From Azolla caroliniana (Eukaryota; Plantae; Polypodiophyta): 64,000 nt of DNA. The stretch spans positions 3,224,001 through 3,288,000 of the forward strand of contig JBHGNT010000017.1 in assembly GCA_043228905.1 (NCBI GenBank). The letters run 5' to 3'. This document shows positions 35,235 to 46,406 of this stretch, one piece after another. The notes below the pieces were generated by a model. That model was not told where the DNA came from, made no database searches, and worked only from the letters and a program-made list of their open reading frames with translations. The first letter of the stretch is position 1. Each line of letters begins with the position of its first letter. The translations under genes and the position numbers were made by a program.

Positions 35235-38200
35235 TGTTGGGATTTCGGTCCCTCCGGATGGGATGTCCGGAGATGAATGACGGCAAGCCCGGTTGCGGTT
35301 ACGGAGCCGGATGATGAAGACCCCGGTTACGGAGCCGGATGATGAAGACCCCGGCTACGGAGCCGGATGATGAAGACCCCGGTTACGGAGCCGGATGACG
35401 AATGTACCCGGAGAGAGATCCGGATGCGGAGACATATTTGTGAATATGTTTGCCAAGAGCCCTTGAGGCTATATTTGTAAATAGCCCGAAAGTCATATGT
35501 GTATAAATATGACTTAGGGCAAACAGTTAAGGCTGCTGTTGCTCATTTTCTGTTTTCCACTAAGAGGGAGCGAAGTGAGAGCAGCCGAGAGAGAGTGAGA
35601 GAGAAGGAGGAAGGAAGAGGTCGACGCCTCTGTGTAATACCGCCGCCTGTGGCGAGGACAGCGAGCTCAAGGTCGTCGCCTTGCAGCTCGCCATTGTACA
35701 TTCCGCGTATAGTGATAGTTGGAGTCTTGCACTCCCGTGGTTTTTCCCATTTAGGGTTTTCCACGTAAAACATCCAGTGTGCCCTTCTCTCTATTGTTTT
35801 CGTGCATTGTTGTATTTCCCGTTTTCTGTGAATTGATCCTGTTCCTCGGTTGTGGCCGAGCACGGAATTCCGACAAAGTGGTATCAGAGCGACGGTAACA
35901 CAGAAAATGGAAGGCGGCAGCAGCGGGCAGCCGGGGATGATGGTGCTGAATGCGCAGAACTACGCCGACTGGAAGATAAAGATGGAGGATCTGCTCATTG
36001 TTCGGGACCTGTATGAACCGATCGACAGGTCGGAAATACCCAAGGGGGTACTTGAGACGGAGTGGAGGCTTCTGAACCGGAAAGCCGTTGCAACCATTCG
36101 GCAATACGTCGACGTGAGCGTTCTACAACACGTGGCGAACGACACCAACGCATATGAGATGTGGAGGAAGCTGTCGGGCCTCTACGAGAGGAAGAATGCG
36201 TTGAACCGGACCTCCCTGATGAGAAAGATAGTGAACCTCAAGTACCGGGACGGCGAGAGTATGGTGGAACACGTAAGCACGTTCATGGGATTCGTGAACC
36301 AGCTTGCGGCGATCAAGTTCCCGTTGGAGGATGCAATGCAAGCCATCATCCTGATGTGTACATTGCCGGACAGCTGGGAGAACTTGGTGGTGACTCTCAG
36401 CACCTCCTGCACCGAAGATAACTTGTCCCTACAAACGGTAAAGACAAGTATTTTGAACGAAGAAGCGCGTCGGAGAGATAAAGAACCGGTCTCCGACTCG
36501 AAGGAGCTGCTTACCGAATCGGAACGGGGAAGACAATGGAACCGGAGTCCGCAAAGACGGGAGAAGTCGGGGACCCGGTCGCAGTCAAGAGGAAGACCCA
36601 CATGCTTCCACTGTGGGAAGCCGGGGCACTTCCGGAAGAATTGTCGGCATTACCGAAAAGACAACGGAGCCGACGACACCGATTCGAAGAAGTCACCGGA
36701 GAGAAACGGTGCATACCGGGGAGCCACGGACCGGAGAGGTCCGGATCGGCGAGGGCAGGACCGGAAAGGAACGACGACACTCGCGGCAAGTGAAGAAGAG
36801 ATAATGCTTATTACCGAAGAGAGGGAGCTGAACCTTGCCGGTGTAGAGATGACCTGGGTGGTCGATTCCGGAGCGTCGTTCCACCTGACCCCGGAGAAGA
36901 AATACTTCTCATCCTACACAGCCGGTGAGCACGGCTGTGTTCGGATGGGAAATGAAGGCACATGCCGGATTGCCGGCATAGGAGACGTGTGGCTATTGAC
37001 ATCAACCGGATGCAAGATGCTGTTGAAGGATGTGCGACACGTTCCGGAGGTCCGATTGAACCTGATCTAGGCCGGGAGGCTAGATGATGAAGGCTACACG
37101 GGTAGCATCCGGAACGGTGTCATGAAGTTCAGCAAGGGGAGCCTGATAGTGGCTCGGGCCCGGAAGGTCAACACCCTGTACCTGATGAATTCCCGGTTAT
37201 GCCCGGAGGAGCTGAACGTGGCAGCCGACACTGCCGGTGAGCTGTGGCACAAGAGACTGTGCCACATGAGCGAGAAGGGGATGAAGAGGCTTGCAGAAGA
37301 CAACCTCATTCCAGTGAAGCATGTGCATCTGGAGAAGTGCACCGATTGCCTGGCCGGTAAGCAGAACCGAACCTCCTTCCACTCAAGGCCACCGACGAGA
37401 CGTAGCGCACCATTGGAGTTGGTGCACACGGATGTGTGTCAGGTAGAAACGAAGTCACATGGCGGAGCCCAGTACTTCGTGACTTTCATTGATGATCACA
37501 GCCGGAAGCTGTGGACGGCGCCGTTGAAGACAAAGGACCAAGTGTTGTCCGTCTTCAAAGAACTCCACGCGAGAGTGGAAAGGGAATCCGGCAAGAAGCT
37601 GAAAGCGATACGAGCGGATAACGGAGGGGAATACCGGGGGCAGTTCCAGGAGTACTGTCGCTCGAAGGGAATCCGGCTCGAGTTTACTGTGCCGAAGACG
37701 CCGGAACTAAACGGGCTGGTCGAGAGGATGAACCGGACCATAATGGAGAGGGTCCGGAGTATGCTGGCGCATGCGAAATTACCCAAGGGGTTTTGGGCTG
37801 AGGCAATGTCGACGGCGACATACGTGATAAACAGATCACCCTCAGTACCTTTGGACGGAGACACGCCGCAGAAAGTGTGGACCGGTAAGGAAGTGTCCTA
37901 CCGGCATCTGAAGGTGTTCGGGTGTCTCGCATACGTGCATGTGGCAAAGGACCGGAGAGGAAAGCTAGATCCAAAGACCCGGCTATGCATATTCCTCGGT
38001 TACGGCGACGACGAGTTCGGCTACCGAGTATGGGACCCGGTCGACAAGAAGATATTCAGGAGTCGAGACATCATCTTCATGGAGGACAAGACACTCGCCG
38101 ACTGGGAGTCGGAGAAGAAGATGAAGAGCTCCAAGTCGACCGGTGAGGATCAACTCTACGAGGAGCAGTCCCGACCGGCAAGGGACCGGTTAACACTCGA

Positions 38201-40603
38201 GGATCCGGCCGAAGACTATGAAGAAACAGAACCGGCCGAAGAAGATGAAAATGATACCGGAACCGGCCCCGATCCCGAAATGGATTCGGATGAAGAAGAA
38301 TCGGAAGAACCGGTTACCGAAGCTCCGGAACGGAGATATCCTCTAAGAGAGAGAAGGACCCCCCGGAGATTTCCGGAACCAGAGCACGTGCTGCTAACCG
38401 ACGAAGGGGAGCCGGAGAGCTTTGAAGAAGCAAAGCATGACACCCAGAGCCGCAGGTGGTTGAGTGCCATGCAGGACGAGATGGATTCCCTGCATGAGAA
38501 CCACACATATGAACTTGTGGAGTTGCCGAAAGGAAAGCGGGCACTTCGAAACAAGTGGGTGTTCAAGCTGAAACCGGGAGATGCCGGAAACCCCCCGAGA
38601 TACAAAGCCAGGATCGTGGTGAAGGGGTTTCAGCAGAAGAAGGGCGTCGACTTCGACGAGATATTCGCCCCGGTAGTGAAGATGACCTCCATCCGGACGG
38701 TGCTGAGCATAGCGGCAAGCATGGACCTCGAGGTAGAACAGATGGACGTGAAGACGGCATTCCTTCACGGTGACCTCGAAGAAGAGATCTACATGCAGCA
38801 ACCGGAAGGATTCGAGAAGAAAGGGAAGGAGCACCTGGTATGCCGGTTGAAGAAGAGCCTTTACGGACTGAAGCAGGCTCCCCGGCAATGGTACCGGAAG
38901 TTCGACTCCTTCATGACCGACGAAGGGTACCACAAAACGCAGTCTGATCACTGCGTGTTTGTGAAGAAGTTCGAAGGAGGAGACTCTCTAATACTCCTCC
39001 TGTACGTGGACGACATGTTGATCGTCGGACGGGACCAGGTCAAGATACGGGAGCTGAAGAAAGCGCTTCACCGAACCTTCTCAATGAAGGACCTGGGTCC
39101 GGCAAGGCAAATACTAGGGATGCACATCATCCGGGACCGGAAGAAGAAGCAGTTGTGGCTGTCACAGGAGAAGTACGTGACAAAGGTGCTTCACCGGTTC
39201 AACATGTCGGAAGCAAGACCGGTCGGGACAACCCTCCCGGCAAACTGCAAGTTGTCCAGCAAGCAAAGCCCCAAGACAAAGGCTGAGAAGGAGGACATGA
39301 TGAAAGTACCATATGCCTCTGCCGTCGGAAGTTTGATGTACGCAATGGTGTGTACAAGACCGGACATAGGATATGCAGTTGGAGTGGTGAGCCGGTACAT
39401 GAGCAATCCCGGCAAAGAGCATTGGAACGCGGTCAAGTGGATACTCCGATACCTGAAGGGCACGGCAAACGTGTGCCTCCGATTCGGCTCCGGTAAGCCC
39501 GAATTCGACGGCTTTACCGATTCGGATATGTCGGCTGATGCAGATACCAGCCGGTCCACATCAGGGTATGTGATGACGTATGCAGGTGGAGCTGTTTCGT
39601 GGCAGTCGAGGCTGCAGAAGACGGTTGCGCTGTCAACCACGGAGGCGGAGTACATGGCGGCTGTTGAAGCTGGCAAGGAAATAATATGGATGAAGGACTT
39701 CATTAGAGAGCTCGGTATCCGGCAGGAGGAGTACCGACTCTACTGCGACAGTCAGAGTGCCATCCACCTTGCGAAGAATGCGGCCTATCACTCCCGGACA
39801 AAGCACATCCAGCGTAGATACCACTGGATCCGGGAAAGAATAGAAGACAAGGAGTTCGTGCTGACGAAGATCCACACGGACGAGAACGGGTCGGATATGC
39901 TGACCAAGGTGCTCACACCCGACAAGCTGGAAGCATGCCGGAAGAGGATCGGGTTGGAGAGACATCCCATGCCGAAGTGAAGGGGGAGTTTGTTGGGATT
40001 TCGGTCCCTCTGGATGGGATGTCCGGAGATGAATGACGGCAAGCCCGGTTGCGGTTACGGAGCCGGATGATGAAGACCCCGGCTACGGAGCCGGATGATG
40101 AAGACCCCGGTTACGGAGCCGGATGACGAATGTACCCGGAGAGAGATCCGGATGCGGAGACATATTTGTGAATATGTTTGCCAAGAGCCCTTGAGGCTAT
40201 ATTTGTAAATAGCCCGAAAGTCATATGTGTATAAATATGACTTAGGGCAAACAGTTAAGGCTGCTGTTGCTCATTTTCTGTTTTCCACTAAGAGGGAGCG
40301 AAGTGAGAGCAGCCGAGAGAGAGTGAGAGAGAAGGAGGAAGGAAGAGGTCGACGCCTCTGTGTAATACCGCCGCCTGTGGCGAGGACAGCGAGCTCAAGG
40401 TCGTCGCCTTGCAGCTCGCCATTGTACATTCCGCGTATAGTGATAGTTGGAGTCTTGCACTCCCGTGGTTTTTCCCATTTAGGGTTTTCCACGTAAAACA
40501 TCCAGTGTGCCCTTCTCTCTATTGTTTTCGTGCATTGTTGTATTTCCCGTTTTCTGTGAATTGATCCTGTTCCTCGGTTGTGGCCGAGCACGGAATTCCG
40601 ACA
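35235..40603 (+). mobile_element. Element I: young, near-intact Ty1/copia (Tnt1/Tork-like)
   Basis: LTRs 35235-35875 and 39991-40603 differ by one 28-bp repeat unit and one substitution that I could see. Perfect TSD TGATC, Met PBS 35879-35890, PPT AAGGGGGAG. Confidence 0.97.
35907..39980 (+). CDS. gag-pol: Copia I gag-pol polyprotein, a single in-frame TAG at 37068-37070
   Basis: CFHCGKPGHFRKNC, WVVDSGAS, HTDVC / RADNGGEY, YKARIVVKGF / LYVDDM, HSRTKHI. The two track ORFs are in the same frame. Confidence 0.93.
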
Positions 40604-43495
40604 TGATCCGGCTGAGGTAGGTTACAGTAGTCGTCTGCTGCCAAGCCGCCCTCGGGGAGCTCACGGGCTCGTCGCGCCGAGCGGGGTCTTGCACAAGAGA
40701 TGAGCTGAAGCAAACCCTAAGCGAACACGAAGGGGAAGAAGAAGAAGCAGAAGAAACCTAACGGTATACCCCCTAATGCAAAATGGGCAACCCCTTCACA
40801 AAGGGCGTTCCCTTCCTTTTATAGAACAAGGAAAGGGATGCGTTACAATGTGGGACAAATCCCGCCTTACATGGGATCATCTGCCCCGACTTGACAACTC
40901 TTCGGCGCCATAAAGGCGCCCTCGATATTCACACTAAATGTACACGGGTGCGTACACACGCTGCACCCCGCCGATGTAGCCAATGTTTCCTGGTTTCCGC
41001 CTCTGGCCGAAATTCTTCACAACAACGTAGTATCCATGCTCCAACACTCCAGACTTACGGCAATACACGTAATAAATATGTTGCCAAGTAGACCTCTAGG
41101 ACTTCAAATACCTCAGGAAATATGGATCGGCAGTAAACCGAATTATGACAAATTAATGATCTTCGGTTGCAAGGCGTATGCTCTCATACCGAAAGACGAC
41201 CGTCAGAAACTCGAACCAAGGTCAAGGAAATGTGTTTTCCTTGGATACCCGACGGTGAGATCAGATACCAACTCTGGGACCCTGAGCACAGACAAATTGT
41301 CCGAAGTTCGGACGTCGTGTTCAACGAGTCGGCTATGCATAAAAAGGCTGAAAGGCCTATTGAAGTCCGAGGGGTAATATTTTCCGAACTGCCAACCCTT
41401 CATGACGGCCCAGCCCACAACACGAGATCGGTTTCATGGGTAACCGACAACTCTCGCACCGAATCCACCGATTCGGCACAACTGAATAGCTCGGCTCCCG
41501 ACCATCCGACATCGACACCTGGTGCAACTAGTCCAGTTATACCTCGTAGATCCGAGAGACTGTCGCAACCTCTGGAGAGATACTCTCCCGGAAGTTTCTT
41601 TACCGACGCTGGCGAACCGACATCTTACGAAGAAGCATCGGCATCTGCCGATTCAACCACATGGCATCTGGCGATGGAGTCGGAAATACACTCCATTCGA
41701 GCAAACGAGACTTGGGACTTGGTCGAATTACCGAAGAATCGACGTGCTCTTCCGTGTAAGTGGGTCTATCGACTAAAAGAGATGTCCGACTTTACCACCC
41801 CAAAGTACAAGGCTAGATTAGTTGCGAAGGGATTTTGACAAGAATATGGTGTCAACTTTGATGAAATCTTTTCACGAGTGGTGAAAATGATGACCCTCAG
41901 TTTCATGCTCGGCGTCGTGGCCACCGACAACTTGGAGCTGATTCAGCTATATGTAAAAACGACATTCCTCCATGGTGACCTACAGGAGGAAATCTATATG
42001 GAGCAACCGAAAGGCTTTGTAGTATCCGACCAGGAACATCTAGTCTGCTGACTCAGGAAGAGTTTATATGGCCTGAAACAGGCACCCCGACAGTGGTACA
42101 AAAAGTTCAACGACTTCATCCAGTCGGTCGGCTTCTCCAAGAGCGATGAGGACCATTGTCTCTTCACCAAAATAGCTCAAGACGGGTCTCCCATCTTTCT
42201 CATCATCTACGTGGACGACATGCTACTCTCCAGTCGGCATGCCGGAGAGCTCACGGAACTCGTTCGGAAACTGCGGTTGAAGTTTGCCATGAAGGACCTT
42301 GGTCCGGCAAGACACATACTCGGTATGAAGATTAGTTGGCATCGCGATACACGACAACTTTTCTTGTCTCAAACCGACTCCATCGGACGTGTCCTGGAAC
42401 GCTTTAACATGCACTTGGCCAAGTCTGCTTCAACCCTGCTCCCCATCAACCTTCGGCTATCTCAGCGAGACTGCCCGACATCCGGCTCGGAGGGGGAAAA
42501 TATGAAGTCGGTATCGTATGCACCGGCAGTTGGCTCCCTTATGTACGCGATGGTCGCGACACGGCCTGATATTTCTCACGTCGTAGGAGTCGTCAGCACA
42601 TTCATGCACAACCCCGGCCGATCGCACTGGAACGCAGTCAAGCATGTGTTCAGATATCTAGCTGGCACAAAAGACCACGACATTCTTTTCGGCCCGAACT
42701 CAACCTCATGTGTAGTTGGTTACACCGACTCGGACTTCGCCGGTTGTGTGGACAGTCGAAATCAACAATTGGATACTGTTTCAAATTCGGCAATGGAGCA
42801 TTCTCGTGGAAGTCAAAACTTCAGGAGTGCAAAGCCACCTCAACGACCGAAGCGGAATATGTAGCTGCGTCTGACGCGGCAAAAGAAGCTTTATGGCTCG
42901 GTCGGCTGACGCACACGTTTCGACGGGTCAACTCCGACTCGGCTCCAGTTGTCTACAACGACAGTCAGGGTGTTGTTGCTTTGGCAAAAAATCCGGTTCA
43001 CCACAACGCCTCTAAGCATTTCGATGTTCGATATCACTTCGTTCAAGACTGCGTCATTTAAGGGAAAATTGGTCTTTCGGCGGATCGTTTCCGGTCCCTT
43101 CGGCAGCAAATGGGCGTAATGAAAAATCGGTTCGATTAAAGTCGGACACACAGTACAGGATGGTTTCGGACCACCGACATCGGTTCCCTGAGGATCGGCT
43201 TCAGCTCTTCCGACCCGAACGGTTCGGTCCTCTGTCTTCGGATCTTGCCAACTCTGACAAAACCGATGTGTTTGATAAACCTTGTATATATACCTATAAT
43301 TCTTTAGATAACCCATGTATACGCCCATTATGGGGGAGTGTCGAATACGAGTGTATAATGGCCGTATTCACATTGTCCCTTTGGACAACCCAAGTTGCCC
43401 TAGGATAGTCACTATATAAAGTGACTTTGTAACCTTTAGTGGAGGTTGGTTGTCTTATGTAACTGTTGTTATTGGAATATAACGTTTCCTTTGTG

Positions 43496-43532
<37 letters not shown>

Positions 43533-45334
43533 CTATCTTGCTCACGCATACACAGGTTCTTCTTCATCACGAATGTTGCTTGCACTTCCGCATTGACGGG
43601 CTTGTCCCCAACACTAGGTGGGCTCAATTCCTCACACGTTTTGATTTCAAAATCGCATATCGACTGGGGAAGCAACAAGGAAAGGCAGATGCACTATCAC
43701 GACATTCATATCTTGCACCTCGTCCTAGTGATCCAGCGTTCGATAATCAAAAGCAAGTAATCTTGGAACCAACACGATTGCACACAACGCGGATTTTTCA
43801 CACCCCAATGGATTCCCAGATTACCGACACCATATGTGTGAATTTGAAGACGGACAAGTTTGCTCAAAACATTCTGGTGCACATTGATACCTCTCGGGCA
43901 TCTTGTTCCTAATCTCAACAACCAGGTATGGACTACCGACAATTCGAATATCATGATGATTTGTTATTCTTTAAAAAGCTTGTATATGTCCCCGATTGCT
44001 CCTGTTGCCTTCAAATCATCCAAAGTTGTCACGACACCCATATGGCGGGACATTTCGGTAGCACTAAGACGTTGGATCTAGTTCAACGATCCTTTTGGTG
44101 GCCCCATATGCGACGTTTTGTCAACAACTACGTTCGGACCTGTGATGCTTGCTGCCGAGCAAAGATGCCACGACACCATCCATATGGCTTGTTGGAACCC
44201 TTACCGATTCCAAGTAAGCCGTGGCAGTCTATTTGTCTTGACTTTATCACAAATATGCCGGTCTCGAAGGGGTTCGATGCTATATTAACCGTCGTCGATC
44301 GATATCTGAAGATGGCACATTTTGTGCCGTATACTAAGGCCATCATTAGCGAGGAAACCGTCGCCCTTGTCATGCGTGAGGTATTTCGGCATCATGGCCT
44401 CCCAGACAGTATCATTAGTGACTGAGGATTGCAATTCGTCTCCAAATTTTGGCAGCATCTCTTCAAGATGCTCAAGGTCTCTTGCAACCTCTCCTCTGGC
44501 TACCATCCTCAGACCGATGGGCAGGCGGAACGAACAAACCAAACGCTAGAGCAATATCTTCGGTGTTTCCTGAGTTATCAACAGGACGATTGGGCCGAGA
44601 TTCTCCACTTTGCGGAGTTTGCGTATAATAATGTTATTCACTCCTCGACTCGAGTCTCCCCATTCTACGCTTATACCGGTTCTCATCCTCGTTGGTCGGT
44701 GATCGACACCTCGGAGCTACCTACCAATCCTCGTGCCGAGGATCATTTCGAGAGACTACGCAAGATCCAGATGGATCTGTCTACTCATCTTCATCATGCT
44801 CAACAGACACAAAAGACTTACGCGGATCGTCATCGGCTTCCCTCCTCTTTTGCCATCGGAGATTGAGTATGGCTTTTATGTCGTCACATCAAGACTGCTC
44901 GACCGTGCGACAAGTTGGATTATCAATGACTCGGCCCTTTCCGTATTACCGGTAAGGTTAATGATGTCACGTTCCACTTGATCTTCCTCCGCATTTTTGG
45001 ATGTATCGGATACATCCAGTCTTCCATAGTTCTCTTCTTGAACCTTACAGAGCAAACACTATTCCCGATCGTGTTACACCAGCGCCGCCCCCACTTGAGT
45101 TAGACACCGGCCCGGAGTATGAAGTTGCCATCCTCGACTCCAAATTTGTTCGCAACAAACTTTATTATTTGGTCGATTGGCTCAGCTATAGTCCAAGCGA
45201 ACGTACTTGGGAGCCCATCGAGCATGTCGCCAATGCTCAAGATCTTCTTGCTGATTTTCACCGACAGTATCCCGATAAACCCGATCCTCAATCAACGTCA
45301 ACTCATTCCAATTGTCGTCTTTAGGGGGGGATAG

Positions 45335-45771
45335 TGTCATGATATGGCAAGACTCGAACCCATGACCTTATGCTACATGGGTCGAGCTCTTGACCATTAG
45401 ACCGTACATTGTAATTTGTAGGATATTATTTTCATTTATGCTTTATTATAAGAAATTAATGTATATTCCAGATTTCTCTGGAACATTCTAGAAGCTTTAG
45501 GACTACTCCTGAGAGCACTATAAAAGGAGGCACAAGGCATTGTTTTGAACCAAATTGATTCAATGTCAGTCTTAAGCCTCTTAGCCACTTTGTACTTATC
45601 CTTCACATAATATATAGTTGTTATCATCATCTCTCTCTGTCTCATCCTCGCTATCTCTCTCTCCTCTTCTCTCTTTCCCTCTCGGGAATCTTATGCAGTC
45701 CCGTCCTAGTACTAATAATACTTCTCTTCTTTAGTACTAATTCCCTCTCTGCTTTAGTACTATTCCTGACA
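45335..45771 (+). repeat. 3' LTR of F, with antisense tRNA-like module at ~45340-45410
   Basis: TGTCATG...CCTGACA after PPT AGGGGGGGATAG. Confidence 0.92.
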
Positions 45772-46272
45772 AGAGGTCGAGGTGCGTGGAACTAGAAGGG
45801 TCGTGGGAAACGAGACCGGACTAGACGAGTAGCGTGAGCAAGGCGGAACGATGCTAGAAGGAGCCGGATGGAAGGACCGCCTGCTACAGACACTAACACC
45901 ACGATCTAACCTCAAGTTGAGCTTGAGGGGGAGTGTTGAGCGAGTAAGCGCAACCGGATCCGGATCGGTTGGATAAGCATGAGCCGGATCGATATCCGGA
46001 ATGAAGAACCGGATGATATTCGAATCGGTATCTGGATGATATCCAGAACCAGGAGCCGAATCGAAGAGCCTGATTCGAGTGCGAACTGGAAGCCTAGTAG
46101 TAGCCTAGACTACTAGGTAGTTGTTGTCTCGTAGTTAGTGTCAATCGCTCGTAGGAGCATGGAAGTACATTGTACTTCTGTCAGTCCTTCTCAAGACTTG
46201 TATAAATAGTGTTGTGTAAGCACATTGTATGTACAAAGAACTATTGTTATTTTGAATCTACTTTTACGTTAT

Positions 46273-46308
<36 letters not shown>

Positions 46309-46406
46309 GTACGCGCACTCTATGTGTGTGTTAAATTTTCTTCTTATCTTCTGTTGCGATCCGACTGAGCTGGTTTGTCAAACGCGTCCGCACGTTTACT
46401 TTTACA
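45772..46406 (+). mobile_element. Element B2: 3' UTR end, PPT and 3' LTR (45934-46406) of another B-family copia
   Basis: Homologous to 7300-7586 and to the LTR at 1318-1744. Confidence 0.85.

Larger units (their letters stand above)
31158..41024 (-). mobile_element. Element H: non-autonomous member of the Trp-primed family (gag remnant only); 5' LTR hosts I
   Basis: 3' LTR 31158-31939, 5' LTR 34552-41024 (interrupted), Trp PBS, same PPT as D, 4-bp TSD gcgt/acgt. The 2.6-kb interior has gag fragments (34206-34514, 33735-34127) and no RT or INT. Confidence 0.9.
28498..43613 (+). mobile_element. Element G: Ty1/copia, degenerate, host of H
   Basis: LTRs 28498-28794 and 43339-43613, perfect TSD CTAGG, Met PBS 28797-28808, PPT TGGGGGAG. 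gag/PR/INT ~29350-31157; INT/RT/RH 41029-43120. Confidence 0.95.
26525..45771 (+). mobile_element. Element F: Tcn1-like chromovirus, 5'-truncated, host of G
   Basis: PR (LDFGANSCF / LGLPW), RT (PPWGPIYNLS, IYLDD), RH, INT (43928-44866), aromatic-cage-type chromodomain (EYEV..ILDS..YYLVDWLSY..ERTWEP, ~45115-45280), PPT, 3' LTR 45335-45771. Many stops. Confidence 0.9.

Noticed and set aside
37068-37070. Programmed readthrough in copia I
   Set aside because: The TAG replaces the conserved Ser of NLIS downstream of the protease active site, not at a gag/pol boundary. A point mutation is simpler.
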